Shown: positions 11,601 through 25,147, counted from the whole stretch's first letter. The stretch: 63,422 nt of DNA, filler included, from Lenisia limosa (GCA_001655205.1; 9 parts of 9 records of this genome joined end to end with filler, not necessarily neighbours in it), one strand, 5' to 3'. A program made the numbers and translations. The notes: a model not told the origin generated them from the sequence alone.

Positions 11601-14600
11601 TTTAGTGCATGGTTCAACTCAGCCGCTATCTGAGATAACAAAAACTGATGTAGTATGTTACTTTTACTTATTTTCTTTGGAGCATCCCCTCGCAGTACCC
11701 TTATTGATACGATGCTGGTGGTGAGAGGGCACATTTTAAGGCGACCAGGCTATGTTGATCAGTTGTCAAACGGATACAAAAATGACATAAATAAAGGGCA
11801 CAACTTGATTCAGATGAATACAAGCCCACTGAAAAAGCAAATACGGATGGATCCGTTTTTGACTGCATGGCATGAGTGTCTCCAAAGGAAAAAACGGATT
11901 CGCTACCTACAAGGCTTTGTAACAGAAACGCGACAAATAAGTTGATATCTTGTTTAACTTATGCTGCTGCCAATCTAAGCTGGTGTTGCCTACTGATGCT
12001 CTGAAAAATCAGGTCTGCAGCCTCAACTTGATCCCAGTCAAATGTCGAATTAGCGCTGCACTGTACGGACACAAGGGGGTCTTCAGAGGCTCCGGTTGTC
12101 ACCGTACTGAAAATCATAAAAAAAAAAGTCACCTGCACTCGTTCACTTTCTTTCAAGTCATAAAGCACAGCGTAATCAACATCCTTACACACAGCAATAC
12201 AAACGAAGAAATCAAAACTTCATAAATTATACAGTTGTGCCTACTAAACAATTGGCTGAAGAACCACACATGTCGGAACAACCACATTAAAAGTTCCGAG
12301 GGAGAAGACATGGGTCCCCAAATGACTGGTGTACGAGGCCTGTGGAGTGAAAAATGACTGGTGTTGTGGGGTGAAAAATGATTGTTGATCAAAGGAGCGG
12401 GAAAAAACCAGTTCTTGCAAACTACATGTTTCAACTCAACATTTTCTCCTCAACTATTTAAGATCAATGGAATTTACTTGTCTTTGATGCCAGTGTATTA
12501 AACCCACGGCCATCTTACTCTCATTTCAAGACGACCATCACAATCATGGACATTTCTGAACACCACTGTCGACAATTTGTCCGAGCGCACCCAAAGCAGC
12601 CCTTGGAGATGGTAGAAGACTCCTGAACACCCAACATGAACCTATATTGTGAACTTCATTGGTTTATATCATACTATATTACATAGTATTAACATTTATC
12701 ACGCCACCTCTCAGATTGTATTATGTAAAGGCACACAAATATTCTAATCATAGAATATAGAATCGCCTACAGAGAGTGCTAGGTCAGTGGTTGAATTTGA
12801 GAGCTCATCCCATTGCCACATATCAGCAGTCACAATGTCATAAACTTGGATGCTCGAAACCTTGAAAGGTAAAACACTATCAAGCTACCAAGAAATACTT
12901 AGTCCTTATTCATGCAGCCTTTCTCAGTGAACCACTGAAGTACAATCCATATGAATATTATAATTGAAGGAGAATTTGATACTAAATTTCCATTCATTAC
13001 AGGTCAAACTGACCAGGGGAGTTTTGCTTTGGAACATAAATTCGGTTTGAGATGCGTAGTGAAAAGTGTATTGTTGATGTCTAAAAAGAGTGAGAACTGG
13101 TCTGATTTCAGCATTTAAGAAATTGCTCTAATTGAAACGAGTAATCAATGGGTCACCAGGCTTATCCCCTACCTTTGTACTCCGTTTGAAAGGGCAAAAA
13201 GGAAGTTGACCTCTCCAGACCAGTTCTCCGGTCTGCGATGGGTAAAATGGAAAATGATTCTATTCTAAACCCTTTTTACGAAATTGAAATGTCAAGCGTA
13301 AAACAATAATCCATTACCAGCACACAGAGTGTATGGTAAGACCGAGGGGTCAACGTCGCACATTGCTACTGAGGTGGATGTGAGTCCTAGAAGAGCACAG
13401 TCAATATTGGAGTACCTAAGAGGTCAGTCTGGTTGGTGTGTAATGCCTCGTACGTACCCTTCTTTGAACGTCGATGATTCAAAATGAACGGAAGCGCTTC
13501 GACACAACGATGGGGTGATGAACAAGTTTGTTCCTAAAACCCAATGATGTAATACCAATATTTACTGAGTAAGACAGCCTCTGCTAACCGTTTTGACAGA
13601 TGTAGGGGTTTTTCAATGGCATCGCAAAGCTGGTGAGGTTTGGAGCTGGTTTCATAAGTGAGCCAACAAATTGAACAAATAGAATCAAAACAAGTTGAAT
13701 GTTAAATGTGAAACCAAACAGCGTTGTTACAAAAGAACAAGTCGCTATTTGATGTACAGATTCATACCAGTTGTTATGAACACATCACCTTGCTCATTAG
13801 GCTCTGAAAATGGGTCTTGTGCAACATAAGTAAGCTTGGCTGTTGATTTAACTACAAATTATGAGGGTTGGAACGGGAAAAGATCCTTATACAAAACGAA
13901 AAGAAGCTCTCTACCTGATAATAAAACTACCCACTTTCATGAGGGGCAATTTCCGTCCATCCTTGTCGAATTTCGTTGGAAAATCTAGACATTAGACACG
14001 CGATTGTAAATACATAAAATCAGAATAGGCATTTCAAAAGCTATTTGAAACAAAAGTCCAAGAACGCAGCACACACCTTGCAATAATAGTTGAAACTCCA
14101 GGCACCAATATCGCATCCGAATCAGGGTCTGAAAAAATGAAAAGGACACCAAAGACCCAGTTTAAATCACATACTAAATATAATACATACTACACTATTG
14201 ATCATATCATATCATATACTATGTATGTATGTATCTGCAAGTTATACTACATCAGTATATGATATGGTCTAAAGTAACCCGCATTGAACAATCCTACTTG
14301 TTGAAGATGGCAAAGATAACGGAACTTTCTGGGTTGTTAGAAAGATAACACCAAAAAGAATATGCATATCAATGCAGAAGCAGCACAAAACAGCACCCAC
14401 TATGCTGCTACGAGTACCACAACCAAGGTCATAGATCTGAAGTGAAGACTCCATACCCAACCCATTTGCCGTCAGCTACAGATGTCAAGTTTCTTCGATT
14501 CTATGAAAATCTATGCTACATCCCACTATTGACTTAACTTTCAAAATAGACCAGGTCATACCCGCTTTCTGCTGTCCACAAGGCTGACACACGCAACGAA

Positions 14601-17600
14601 GTTGTCAGTGCATTGGTACTATAGAGTTAATCCAATCCAGAGATAAATGTTCACGTTTGATAATTAAAAAAAACGTGATATTAATACAATCATCAAATGC
14701 GCCTCCCCATACAAAGTTAGCAACAGCATAGACGTGATTGTCCCTTGCTCCCCATTGTACTTCTGCATTCTCAAGTCCAATTCGGCCTTCACAGTACGCA
14801 TTGCTGATTGGTAACACAACGTCAGGAAAGCAGCCCAACTGCCTACTCATCACTTTTAAGCACAATAATCGTCGGCCCCCCATGAACATTCAAGTTTACG
14901 TTGGAATACAATCCTGACACGCGGCAGTCGTACCGAAGATGCTGTGACGATAAATTCAAGGCAACCTAATAACTGTATTTCAACAAATGATAAGGAGGTT
15001 ATAATTACATGTCATATCTTTTTATCTTTTTAACAGTAGGTAGTGAGCGTGAAGATAATTGCAAAGGTGCCTACAGTGCTTGTACTTGAAATACTGAGAA
15101 GATGACAGCAGGTGTATCGGGCTAAATATATGAAATGACAAATCATATTACATAATGCTCAGTGGTTAGCACACATGTTTCTCCAAATAATGAAGAACCC
15201 CCACATTGTAAAAGGTCAAAGGGTCCACATGGTTCATTGTACCCATCAGGAAGCACCGAGAATGAGTTACTAATTGACAATACTGAAAAGATAAAAACCA
15301 AAGGCTGGGTGCAATTCCCTGAAACAAATCTATTTTTCTCAAGCTTGGGTCAAATAACTCACAAGATGGAATAATGTCAATAACGATACTTTCTCTCTCG
15401 TTGAACACCTAATCAATCAATAAACTGGTTTTTCAAATAATGAGGGTTTCTTCTTTTTCATTAGAAAAAGAGAATCAAACAGTTCAACAAACGAGCCCAG
15501 CCAACAAATGCGCCGTTGTTCATTGGACGTTCAGTGACAACAACTCCAACATAGTCCACTCCATGACTGAACTGATAGGGATCTGTCACCCTGTTCAATA
15601 AGGGGCGTAAAGGATTACCACAAAACACTTATTAGTTCCCATTTATCTACTTAATAATTTCGGAACACCAATAATATAATACAAAGTGACAGGACTGAAC
15701 AATGTTACTTACTCATATTGTCGACCCATCAAAATGACAGTTGTGGAATTTGGTTCACTACACCGGTCAGCTGTCTGTTCAACATGAAGGTAAAAATAAT
15801 GCACAATCCCGGATACATTTCATTCAATGATGAAAAAGAGAATTCAGCGACAGCAAGAGGCGGGTTAAAGACTAAAAGATGAGAGGAGAAAATATGATAT
15901 CACAGAGTGCAATACGCCCTAGCGTACGAGAGGACAAAGGGCTCTGTAATTCTCTTGATGGTCTTGAGTAGTGGCCTAGAAGGTCACTTATTTGATTCCT
16001 ATGATGCCACCATCCTTCAACAATAAAATCCCAGATGACAAAGTCATAGTGTTCGCGCACTCTAATTGCACACCTACAAAACTCGGTTGGGATTGAAGAG
16101 TAAACGAATTGTTCTCTAAACTGAACATAACTTTTTCCTACAAGTAAATAATAAACAAGGAATTCATTGGGAAGAATGCAAGATTTCTTTTCCTCACCGT
16201 TTGAACATCAATGGAGGATCCAAACCGAGTAACTGCCTGAATGGTTGTAATTTAAGGGGTAATCAGCCAAAGTGAATCAGCATTAGATAAGGATCCCAGA
16301 GCAAATCGGTTGACCCCCATCCTACCAAAATATCACTTTCCATTTGCAGTCGAAAAAGCGGATTTTCAGGCCTGATTACATAGAATTCGCCATTGATCAT
16401 CACTGCAAAGGCCTAAAGGTTAAAAACTGAATATTAACCTTTTCTACATTGTCCTCCAATTACCGTGTAAATATCAGAGTAGCTTTCCAACGTGAACGTA
16501 AAAGTCGCAGAAGTCATGAAAGTGGCGTTTAAATTGGTGGCTCCATAATTGAAGAAAACTAAAGAAGTGAATGGGTTCAAAAACGTAAGACAACCCTACA
16601 TATTTCTATCTACCAACCTTTGCCATCTCGTATTCCATAATTTTTCCTCATCGCTTCGGTCATATAAGGTACCAAAAAGGCCATGGAAGGCAGTCGAATT
16701 GACTCATCGTCTTCAAATGGACCCTCCTTAATTATCTAGATGTGTCGTCAAGTCATGTTATGAAGCAATACAAAATTCACTTGGTGACAGAAACCTCCAA
16801 ACAGTTATGGTATAGGTGGTTGTGAGGCCCAATGGCTCGACAAGATCGTGAGAAATGGTCATTTTGGGCACGGGAGCGTCTGAGATAGTGAAAAAAAGGG
16901 AATTCATTTTACAAATAACACACAACACATGCGAAAACCGAATCCCACAAACGAATATAGAACACCTGTGTATCGTCGACAGTAACAGGATTTTCGAAGG
17001 AGTCTTCTTCATCAAGTACTTCAAAAGACAGTCTATAGATTCCTAAGATCATTAGCCGAATGCAGTTCAGTGAAAATGACATGAAACTTAGCGTCAAGTT
17101 CTCAAAAAAGAACGAAGATTGTCCCCATATTTCAATACCAGCAAAGCACCAACCCGGTATAGCAGCAGTGACCGTAATGTTATTAAATGCCGTAAGCTGA
17201 AGAGGTCAGAATGGCAACTTGAAAATTGTTAAAACAATTATGATTTTGTAATCCAAGAAAATGTACATAATCATATGATATAATAGTATATTATCTGAAA
17301 AAATTGTTTGTCTCAGAAATAATTTAATAGTAGCTGTGGGGTTCCAAGCAAACCCCCGAATTTTCAGAAACCATGACGTTATTGGTGACAACAGGCTGGC
17401 ATAGAGGCAAGTACTTGGCATGCTCCTGTGTGTTGTCTGTCGAAGTGAGCTGAGAACAATAACTGACACTCACTATTTCATATCATATCCAACAATCTCA
17501 TTAAATTTTGTCTTCTGAACTAAATAAGTATGACTTACCATCATCGACGCCATGTACCCCTGATCCCCCATACTAAACACGGTCATAAGCTTGGCGGTGA

Positions 17601-18700
17601 CACTTTGCTTCAACAAACAGGCGTTAGAGGCCTCGTGGCTGGTGAACTCAATAGGAGTTAGAGTAGCTTGGATCTAAGACCGTAATGCTAAGCAGGATAT
17701 TCAAGAAGGAAGAGCCGGCAATAACACAGGACCTACCGTATAACCTTCCAGACCGTATCCGGACCTGTCCAAAAGAATAACCTGAAATGTAAATAAAAAA
17801 AATTAACTCAGAATAGCACAATTTTAGACTGCCCTTCACTTTTGGGTAAGTTTCCATCATTGGTATTCCAACAATGATCGTCGGGGCCATAGTCACTCCA
17901 AGTAGAATCTACAATTTTAGTAGAGCCATCATATATTATCACATGACGCAGAAAGCTGTGTACAGTTGGAAGGCAAACGAATGGGTGAATTAATATTATT
18001 CTATAATCCAATATCTGATGGAATAGACCGCTTCGGCCAGATACAACCTTGTTTTATTTATCATTTCTAGATATGAAGAGGCTCACCTTGTCTTTTACTC
18101 CTGAAATAAGAGGCAATGCATCAAATATAAATGAGGGGAAGAGATCTATTTCGTAAAAGAATTGGTTCAAATAATTACAAAACAAGAGACTCGACCTACA
18201 TGCGAGTGTTGTGGTGAAGATGAATAGAAATGATACGGTTGCGATCCAGGATGACCAGACATTGTCGTTTTGAAGATCAAATAAAGGCTAAACCGTGAGA
18301 AGGTTGTTGAATGTAATTGCACAAAGCGCGTAATAACAGGGTATCTACAGCCAGGGTCAATAAGAATTCGTATGTCCCCTAAGAACTGATAATTCCAACT
18401 CCCTTGATTTTGGGACAGCTTTTTACTTCAGATCAAGACAGTCCATTTCATAGCATCTGCCACCCCCCCCCCCACCGCACTTAACTGCTCCTTGCCAGTC
18501 CGTCTCAACGCCTGGTCCCCTACTGCGGAACGTTTAAGAAACGCTCTCCATCCCATCCTGTCTTTGGTGAAATGAATTATTGTTCGGTAGAGTTCAATAT
18601 ACTGTCGATTGGTCCGCTTTCAGTACGATTCAAACACGGAATCTAATCCCCATCCAACTTGGCTGAAGCGGAATTCTGATAAGAAAATGATATTAACAAT
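5662..18700 (-). CDS. Large multi-pass membrane protein: C-terminal STRA6/RBP-receptor-like domain (~9950-5780) preceded by a long beta-rich ectodomain; start not resolved
   Basis: C-terminal motif RAKRRWWKAYTLLKNPEIRSL (5833-5886) resembles STRA6 RARxRWxLAYTLLxNPxL. Other STRA6-like pieces are SHLRYTRKLLLPP...WWQK and possibly DHRHESPIV. Several TM exons, e.g. FLAIIFMMWTVLLLGFACVPSFLAVTRRKNSWTLVIGLVFALSAVIF (phase-consistent). Same-strand coding-like exons continue to ~18.7 kb. Confidence 0.7.
7359..7463. repeat. Intronic minisatellite, ~25-bp unit x4
   Basis: caatctacaattgtcaaggttcatt repeated four times. Confidence 0.9.
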
Positions 18701-19064
18701 TAAGAAATCTTCATAACGCCATGATGGTTGAATACAGTTTCACGCCTCTGCTGCCTCCCAAGGGGAAACTAGCAAATTTCCAATCTGTTAATCTGTTACA
18801 ACGATTTCTTGAGATTGAACAAAGCTTCCTTCTCTTTTTTTGACTAAATTAATCTGCACATTATTCTTTGATTCAAGGAGCACAAGAGGGGGTGAAAATG
18901 GATTGTTTGTTTGCTAGAAAGTAATGCAGTTACACTGTAACGTCTCCTTATGTTGTTTTTTGTTTGCACTTTTGGGCCCTTTTATCGCTTATTGAGAAGA
19001 AGTTTATAGTTCACACAAGTTTACGCTGGCTAGAGAGGATCTGAAGAGTTTTACACCAACAACC

Positions 19065-21877
19065 ATGTCTGATCTCACGTTTACCGATGCCTGGGGACGT
19101 GAATACCTCAAACTTGACGGTCTTTACACGCATTATGCTGATGATGGCAAGATGTACACATTTGACGGTATTGCTTTCAGCTACGTGGAGAATGATATCA
19201 CATACACCTACAATGGAACGGACTGGATCGCTACGGTTTGTGGTTTTATTTCTCTTGTGAAAGTTCTTCGTGGGAGCTTTGGAATTTATTAACTTAATAG
19301 TTCTTGCTTTGGATAGAATGCTCTCATCTACATCTTATTGTACAATGTTCTATTTTCAGTTATTTATTGTTTACCCATCAAGGGAGCAACAGAAGTTGAA
19401 GACGTTGAATCCCGTGATGTCAAATTGAAGGTGAGGATGAGGACACTTTTTAAATTCAATTAACTGAGAGAATAGTGGTAAAAATGAAATTAACTCGACT
19501 AATGTGTGAACAGGTCTTGCGTTACAGTGAGAAAAGGAAGCGAGAAGATGACAAGTCTATGCATCATGGAGGTGTTGCTGCCATTGTAAGAGGTTAATTT
19601 TGCGTATCAGGTTCTTTTTTTTTTTTTTTTACCAAATGTTGGTGATTTTCTATTGATACAATCGATAGTTTTGTTTTACGGATGGTTTTTCGCTGTGTTG
19701 ATACGTGCACCAAGCCTTTCTGATAGCTCCAGGACAGCAGTATGAAGATGAAGAAGAAGAAGAAGGACGAGGCAGTGGACGTGACTTTGGATGACGAAGG
19801 CCATTTGCAACTTGCCTACAACACGGTATGCTACGTGTATACAAGTAAAGATTATTTTGCTGTTGTTTTGATTATTTTGCTGTTGTTTTGTTGTGTTGTG
19901 TATGAAGCAGCCTCTGAAGTCATTAGGTGGTGTTCATTGATCACCTTCCTTTGGACACTGATAAGGATGAGCTGGCAGAGTTTGCAAAGAAGGCTGGTGT
20001 AATCAAAATGAACAAAGATGGTGGGGATGGATTATCCTGGTGTTTATTACATACGACATAGTGCGTAGATGCAATGGTTACTTACTGGAAATTGCTATTT
20101 TTGTTTTTGTTATCTCATTCCTCAGAGCTTTGCATTCGTCTCTATGAGAAGGACGATAAACTCACTGGTGGCGCCACGGTTGCGTATGAGCGAATCGAGA
20201 GTGGTCTGTGGATAGTGCCCCGTTATACATATCATATGTACATGATTATATTGTATACTATCATCTACACATGTATTTACATAATATAATTACTATATAC
20301 TATATATCTATAATATCTATATACTATATATCATATGTAGCTATGCATATGATATATGTATATAATTAGTATTATTATGAGGACACCTTGCAATTAATTG
20401 CCACAATTGGCTTTTTTTTCTCGAAGCAATTAATTGAAAATAATTGCGTAGCTGGTTGCCTTTTTTTGTAGAAAATCATATTATACGACATTATTTTGAA
20501 ATAAAGCCAAATATTGAGTGGTTATTGGAAAGTTTCAAAAAAGACAATGTTGTAGTACTCACGAATATATTCATCTCAATAAAATTCTGAAGAATATACT
20601 TGTCATTTATTTGCGATGGTCAGGCAATTTATTGCAATTAATTGCACGGAGCCCTAATAAACACATATTACGAACATATTTCGTCGCACAGGGTGTTCAA
20701 CTACAGTAAAACTCTCTTCTTGTTACACTTTTTCCTCCAATGTTATTCTATTTGTAGTTGTGATGGCGATGGAGGCTCTTGATGGTTCGCAGTACCGACC
20801 TGGTCACCCTGTTACAGTCACTGAGGTGGGCACGGCATAGGGATAGCGTGCTGCCTTGCATTCCCTTTTAATACAACAATCAACTTCTGACATTTTAGGC
20901 GAAGTTTAAGGCAAAAGCTGATTTCCAGCCAGGAAAAAACAAGGTCAAGAGAAAGCATAAGAGGTTTGAATAGAACCGTTAATGTGGTAATTAAACCTCA
21001 CACACAACAGCACCCGGCGTAAATGGGGTATGAATGATGAGGAAGATGAGGGACCCTGTAAAGAAAAGACCCAGCTTATCATCATCAAGAACCTCTTCAC
21101 ACTCGAAGAGTCATTGAAGGTCTGTGGGATGGTGGTGCAAGATGTATGACTCATAATATTCTCCTTTCCTCTTCTGTTGGTGCTATCCTGCAATATTTAC
21201 TTTGTGTTATTGACCCTCCAGGACTATGAGTTGATCAAGGACATCAAAGACGATATCAAAGACGCCTGTGAGCCTCACGGCGAGACAACGAAGTTTACGC
21301 TTTACGAGGTTGGCCAAATACTTGGGAGAGGACAATGTCATCATATCTCACAACAGAACCACCCGGAGGGAGTAATTTCTTTGAAGTATTCCACAGTCCG
21401 TGCGGGTGAGAAGCTTATTGCCGCACTAAATGGCAAAATGTACAACGGTGGGTGGTTACGGACGCAATCAAAATGTTTGAATGTCTGACGCTTCAGTCTG
21501 TCTCTCCCTCTGACTTATTCTCAGGGCATATTCTTGATGTTGGATACTGGGACAAAACGACTGATTATAGAGTTTGTGGCTTTGCATTGGCAGGAACAAT
21601 TGTTTTGCATATATTTTCTATATAATGCAACATAATATTTCATATATATACTCTTTTTTGACACACAGGTTGCTGAAAGTGAAGAATTGAAAGAAATGAG
21701 GAAGAAGGCTTGGGATGAGTTCCTCAATCGTTGGGGGGGTCTATGTAGCTGAATAATCAGCAAGTGGTTTATCTCAAGGTTCTTATGACATGCCTTGTCT
21801 GTTCTCTCGTTTCTCACTCTTCAGATGGTGAAGCGGAAGAAAACAGCGATGCTGACTCGGACGGATGGGAACAGTAA
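19065..21877 (+). CDS. HTATSF1: HIV Tat-specific factor 1 / CUS2 (U2 snRNP-associated RRM+UHM protein), ~14 exons
   Basis: VFIDHLPLDTDKDELAEFAKKAGVI, IRLYEKDDKLTGGATVAYERIES, LDGSQYRPGHPVTVTEAKF, LIIIKNLF, HPEGVISLKY...LNGKMYNG, WDKTTDYRV, RKKAWDEFLN. Stop TAA at 21875-21877. Confidence 0.92.
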
Positions 21878-21989
21878 CTCAAAAAAGCCCAAAGAAGGCT
21901 TCCTCTAACATAACCAAGTCTGAAGCTTTTGATTGTTTGCTAAATGGACTGTGTACATACCATACGAGTTGGGGGCACATGATAGTACA

Positions 21990-24900
21990 AACAAATACAT
22001 TACCTCTTCTCCGTGTTAAGCTGTGCCTGAAGCGCCTGTGGCAACTGGCTTTTACTACCACCATCACCCATGCGCGCTCTGCCGAGCCACCTTGTCTTCT
22101 GATCTTCGTCGCCGAGAAGATTGATTTTCGGTCCCTCAAACTCGGGTTGCATGTGAGATGTCTAGGAAGTTAGATATGGCCGGAGATAACAAACAATCCA
22201 AAGCAGAAGACAGGCATATAAAGGAAGGCCCAACTCACCCCATATTCGCCTCCTGGCATGTCTGGGTTGACCTTGTCGGAAAACACCCAGTTGGTGTGTC
22301 TCGGCACGATGGGGGCGGCTTGGGATGTATCCTGAGGAAAATGAAAGAAGCGAAATGCTGATAATCGAGTGGGAAGATATGTGGTGACAATCCTATGTAT
22401 GTATGACATTTCGGACTGGGAAGCATAACACTATGACTTGATGCTTACTTGGTCATTAAGATGCGTGTATTTAGATCGAGAGGCCAGACCAAAGTCGCGC
22501 ACCTGCATAACTGGGGGGAGTAAATTTATGAAACAAAAAAAAGCCCAAATCGATAACAACAAAACAAAGAAAGCCCAGGCCAGNNNNNNNNNNNNNNNNN
22601 NNNNNNNNNNNNNNNNNNNNNNNNNNNNNNNNNNCTGTTGACTAAGCATTTTGAAGACAACACAACAAAGAAACCTTCAAAAAAACTCTTATAGTTCTGA
22701 TACCTTTACCATCCCTCACCATCGGGCATATTTGCCTTGTCGAACTCGTCTCTTCCGGTACTGTCCGTCCATTCGTACTTCTTGAGCACATCCCCAAGTT
22801 CGTCATTGTAGAAGGCACCTGGTGGCGTCAGACGTTACAAATGGTTGCCAAATATGGTGGAAGGCTAAACTGAAATGTAAATCCCACCCTTGTGGTAATA
22901 CTTCTGCATGAACTTCATCTTGCCCTTTCTTTCTTCCTGAGCTTGTTTCTTGAGTGCCTCAATTCGAATCTCCTAAAAAAATCACACCCGCTCAATGGGA
23001 ACAGATACAAATAAATAATGATGAATGTCCAGCTCAACCCACCTCCTGCTTTCTCTCGAATTCTGTCATGTTCTCCCACTTCTTGGCACGCATCTCAGCC
23101 TCATTACGCCTGAAGTCAGACACGAACAACAAAATGAAACTGTATGCTGTTCCTCTGAACTGTATTTCCATGATCAAAAAATATTAGAGTTGACCCCCCC
23201 CCCCCATACTCTTCTCTGGCCTCCTTGTCTCTCTTGATACGCAACAGCTCACGAATACGCCACTTATCGTAGCCCCTAGAAGGTGAATAGAGGGCTCTAT
23301 GTTTCGTCATGATCGTAAACAGCTTAATCTGAAATTCCTTTCAAAATATGGTCCAATTTTATAAAAATAAACCTGAGGATGCATGAGACAAAAAAGAAAC
23401 TTTTAAAAAATCTCCATGTGGAACCAGCTCTTAACATCGGTTCGCAAATATTAATAGCATTAAGAAGTCCAGTGGATTTGTGCTAAAAGTGGATACTCAA
23501 CCCGTCCTGCCCAACTCACTCATCATCATGTCCATCTGAATCTGAACCCACGTCAATACCTTCCGCCATCTTCTCGTCTACATCACGTCAGGATAATTAT
23601 ATGCAACACAAGAAAAGTATCAAAATAATGAGAGACTGCGGAATGCCTGAAACAGCTTCCCCTCACCAAGTTTTTTTTGTTCTTCCTCGTTCTTTAAATC
23701 GTCTAAGAGCATTTTTTTTGTCTCAAGTACGCGCTCTTTGTCCTTCTTCTTTTGGAGCTCTTTCTTTTCCAATTCCCGAGCTTCTTTTTCTTCCTGTTCA
23801 CGAATCTAAAACGTATTAGGACAATACTATAATAAGCAAGAACAAATTAGCACTGCTAAACAGAGTAAACCACTGCCCCAACCGTATCTCTGTCAGCTTT
23901 TGACACAAAAATGGGTTTCAACTTCTTTCCCCCACCGAACGCATCTGTGGAATTGTCAGACCAAAAGAAAAGAACAAAAGGCCCGAAAACCAAATGGGAT
24001 ACCCCCCCCCCCCTTCACCGTCTGAAAGACCACTATCAGAATCCGCTTCAGACNNNNNNNNNNNNNNNNNNNNNNNNNNNNNNNNNNNNNNNNNNNNNNN
24101 NNNNNNNNNNNNNNNNNNNNNNNNNNNNNNNNNNNNNNNNNNNNNNNNNNNNNCCCAACAAACGTTTCCAAACGGATCATCACTCTCCTCTTCCTCAGCA
24201 ACCACGGGTTGCTCTGACTGTCGGATTCGATCTTGTTCCGCATGTTTCGAGGCCTTGGTACAGATTAATGCAACCCAATCGGAGTAACCACATGCATTAG
24301 ATGCATAAAAGACAAACGCATTTCTGTCAGTAAAACCTTGTCCTGCTTACCTGTTGCCTTGCTCTCACTCTCGCACGTCTTGTGTCGGCGTCTTCATCCT
24401 CTGACTCATTGGACTCCAGCTCCATGTCCTCATCACTGTCCCTTTCGCCTGGATAATCAGCATCTGGGACAGAGAAGAGTTTGATAGTTGTAAAGTGAAT
24501 GAACAAGCTTAACTGCACTTCATAAAAACATCCATCACCCACGTCGTCTCTCTGAGTGCCTCCTCACAATCTGGGCGGTGGCAAGGCGGTTCAGTCGTCT
24601 GTCAACCCTGGTAGATGTCAGTGCCAATGTCGATGTAAAGGAATATCAACGGGATAGTTTACCCAGTACATTCATTTATGTCACAAGGTACAAGAATAAC
24701 AAGATTCTCCATATTCTACCATCTCACTTTTGTTCAGTCTCTACAGCAGCTCCCGCAGCAACCACACTAGACTCCTGTCCAACTAAAGGATGACCACAAA
24801 AGGGGACTGCCACAGAACTGCCGTTGGGGGTTTTATGCAAGAAGAATAAATGGTGCCGGTTTGTTATTTGAACCATTTCCATCAAAAATTATCAGCAAAA

Positions 24901-25147
24901 AGTCAGTAAGAACATACATTTTTGGGTTGGTGCCTCACGAACAGCTTCCTCATACTCGTTGGCAGTTACAGGGGCTTTTCCGGCCCAATGACGAGCTAAA
25001 TTGTAAATAATCAAAAAAATAAAACAAGGTGGGCAAAGGAAGAGGAGAAGGGAGCGAAAAAAGGGGTATAAAAAACTTGGAAGAAATCTGCCTTTGCTTA
25101 CTGCCAATCGACCTCTGTTTTAGCCTCATATTCCTTGCTGCAGACAT
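21990..25147 (-). CDS. MFAP1: Microfibrillar-associated protein 1 (spliceosomal B-complex factor, Spp381-like); 3' end approximate
   Basis: N-terminal RHWAGKAP, acidic middle, YDKWRIRELLRIKRDKEAREE, KGKMKFMQKYYHKG, GAFYND...DEFDKANMP and VMQVRDFGLASRSKYTHLNDQ. Confidence 0.92.

Noticed and set aside
5600-19000. Retrotransposon or endogenous virus with decayed ORFs
   Set aside because: The fragments join through GT-AG introns into a membrane-protein gene. No RT, integrase or capsid motifs were seen.
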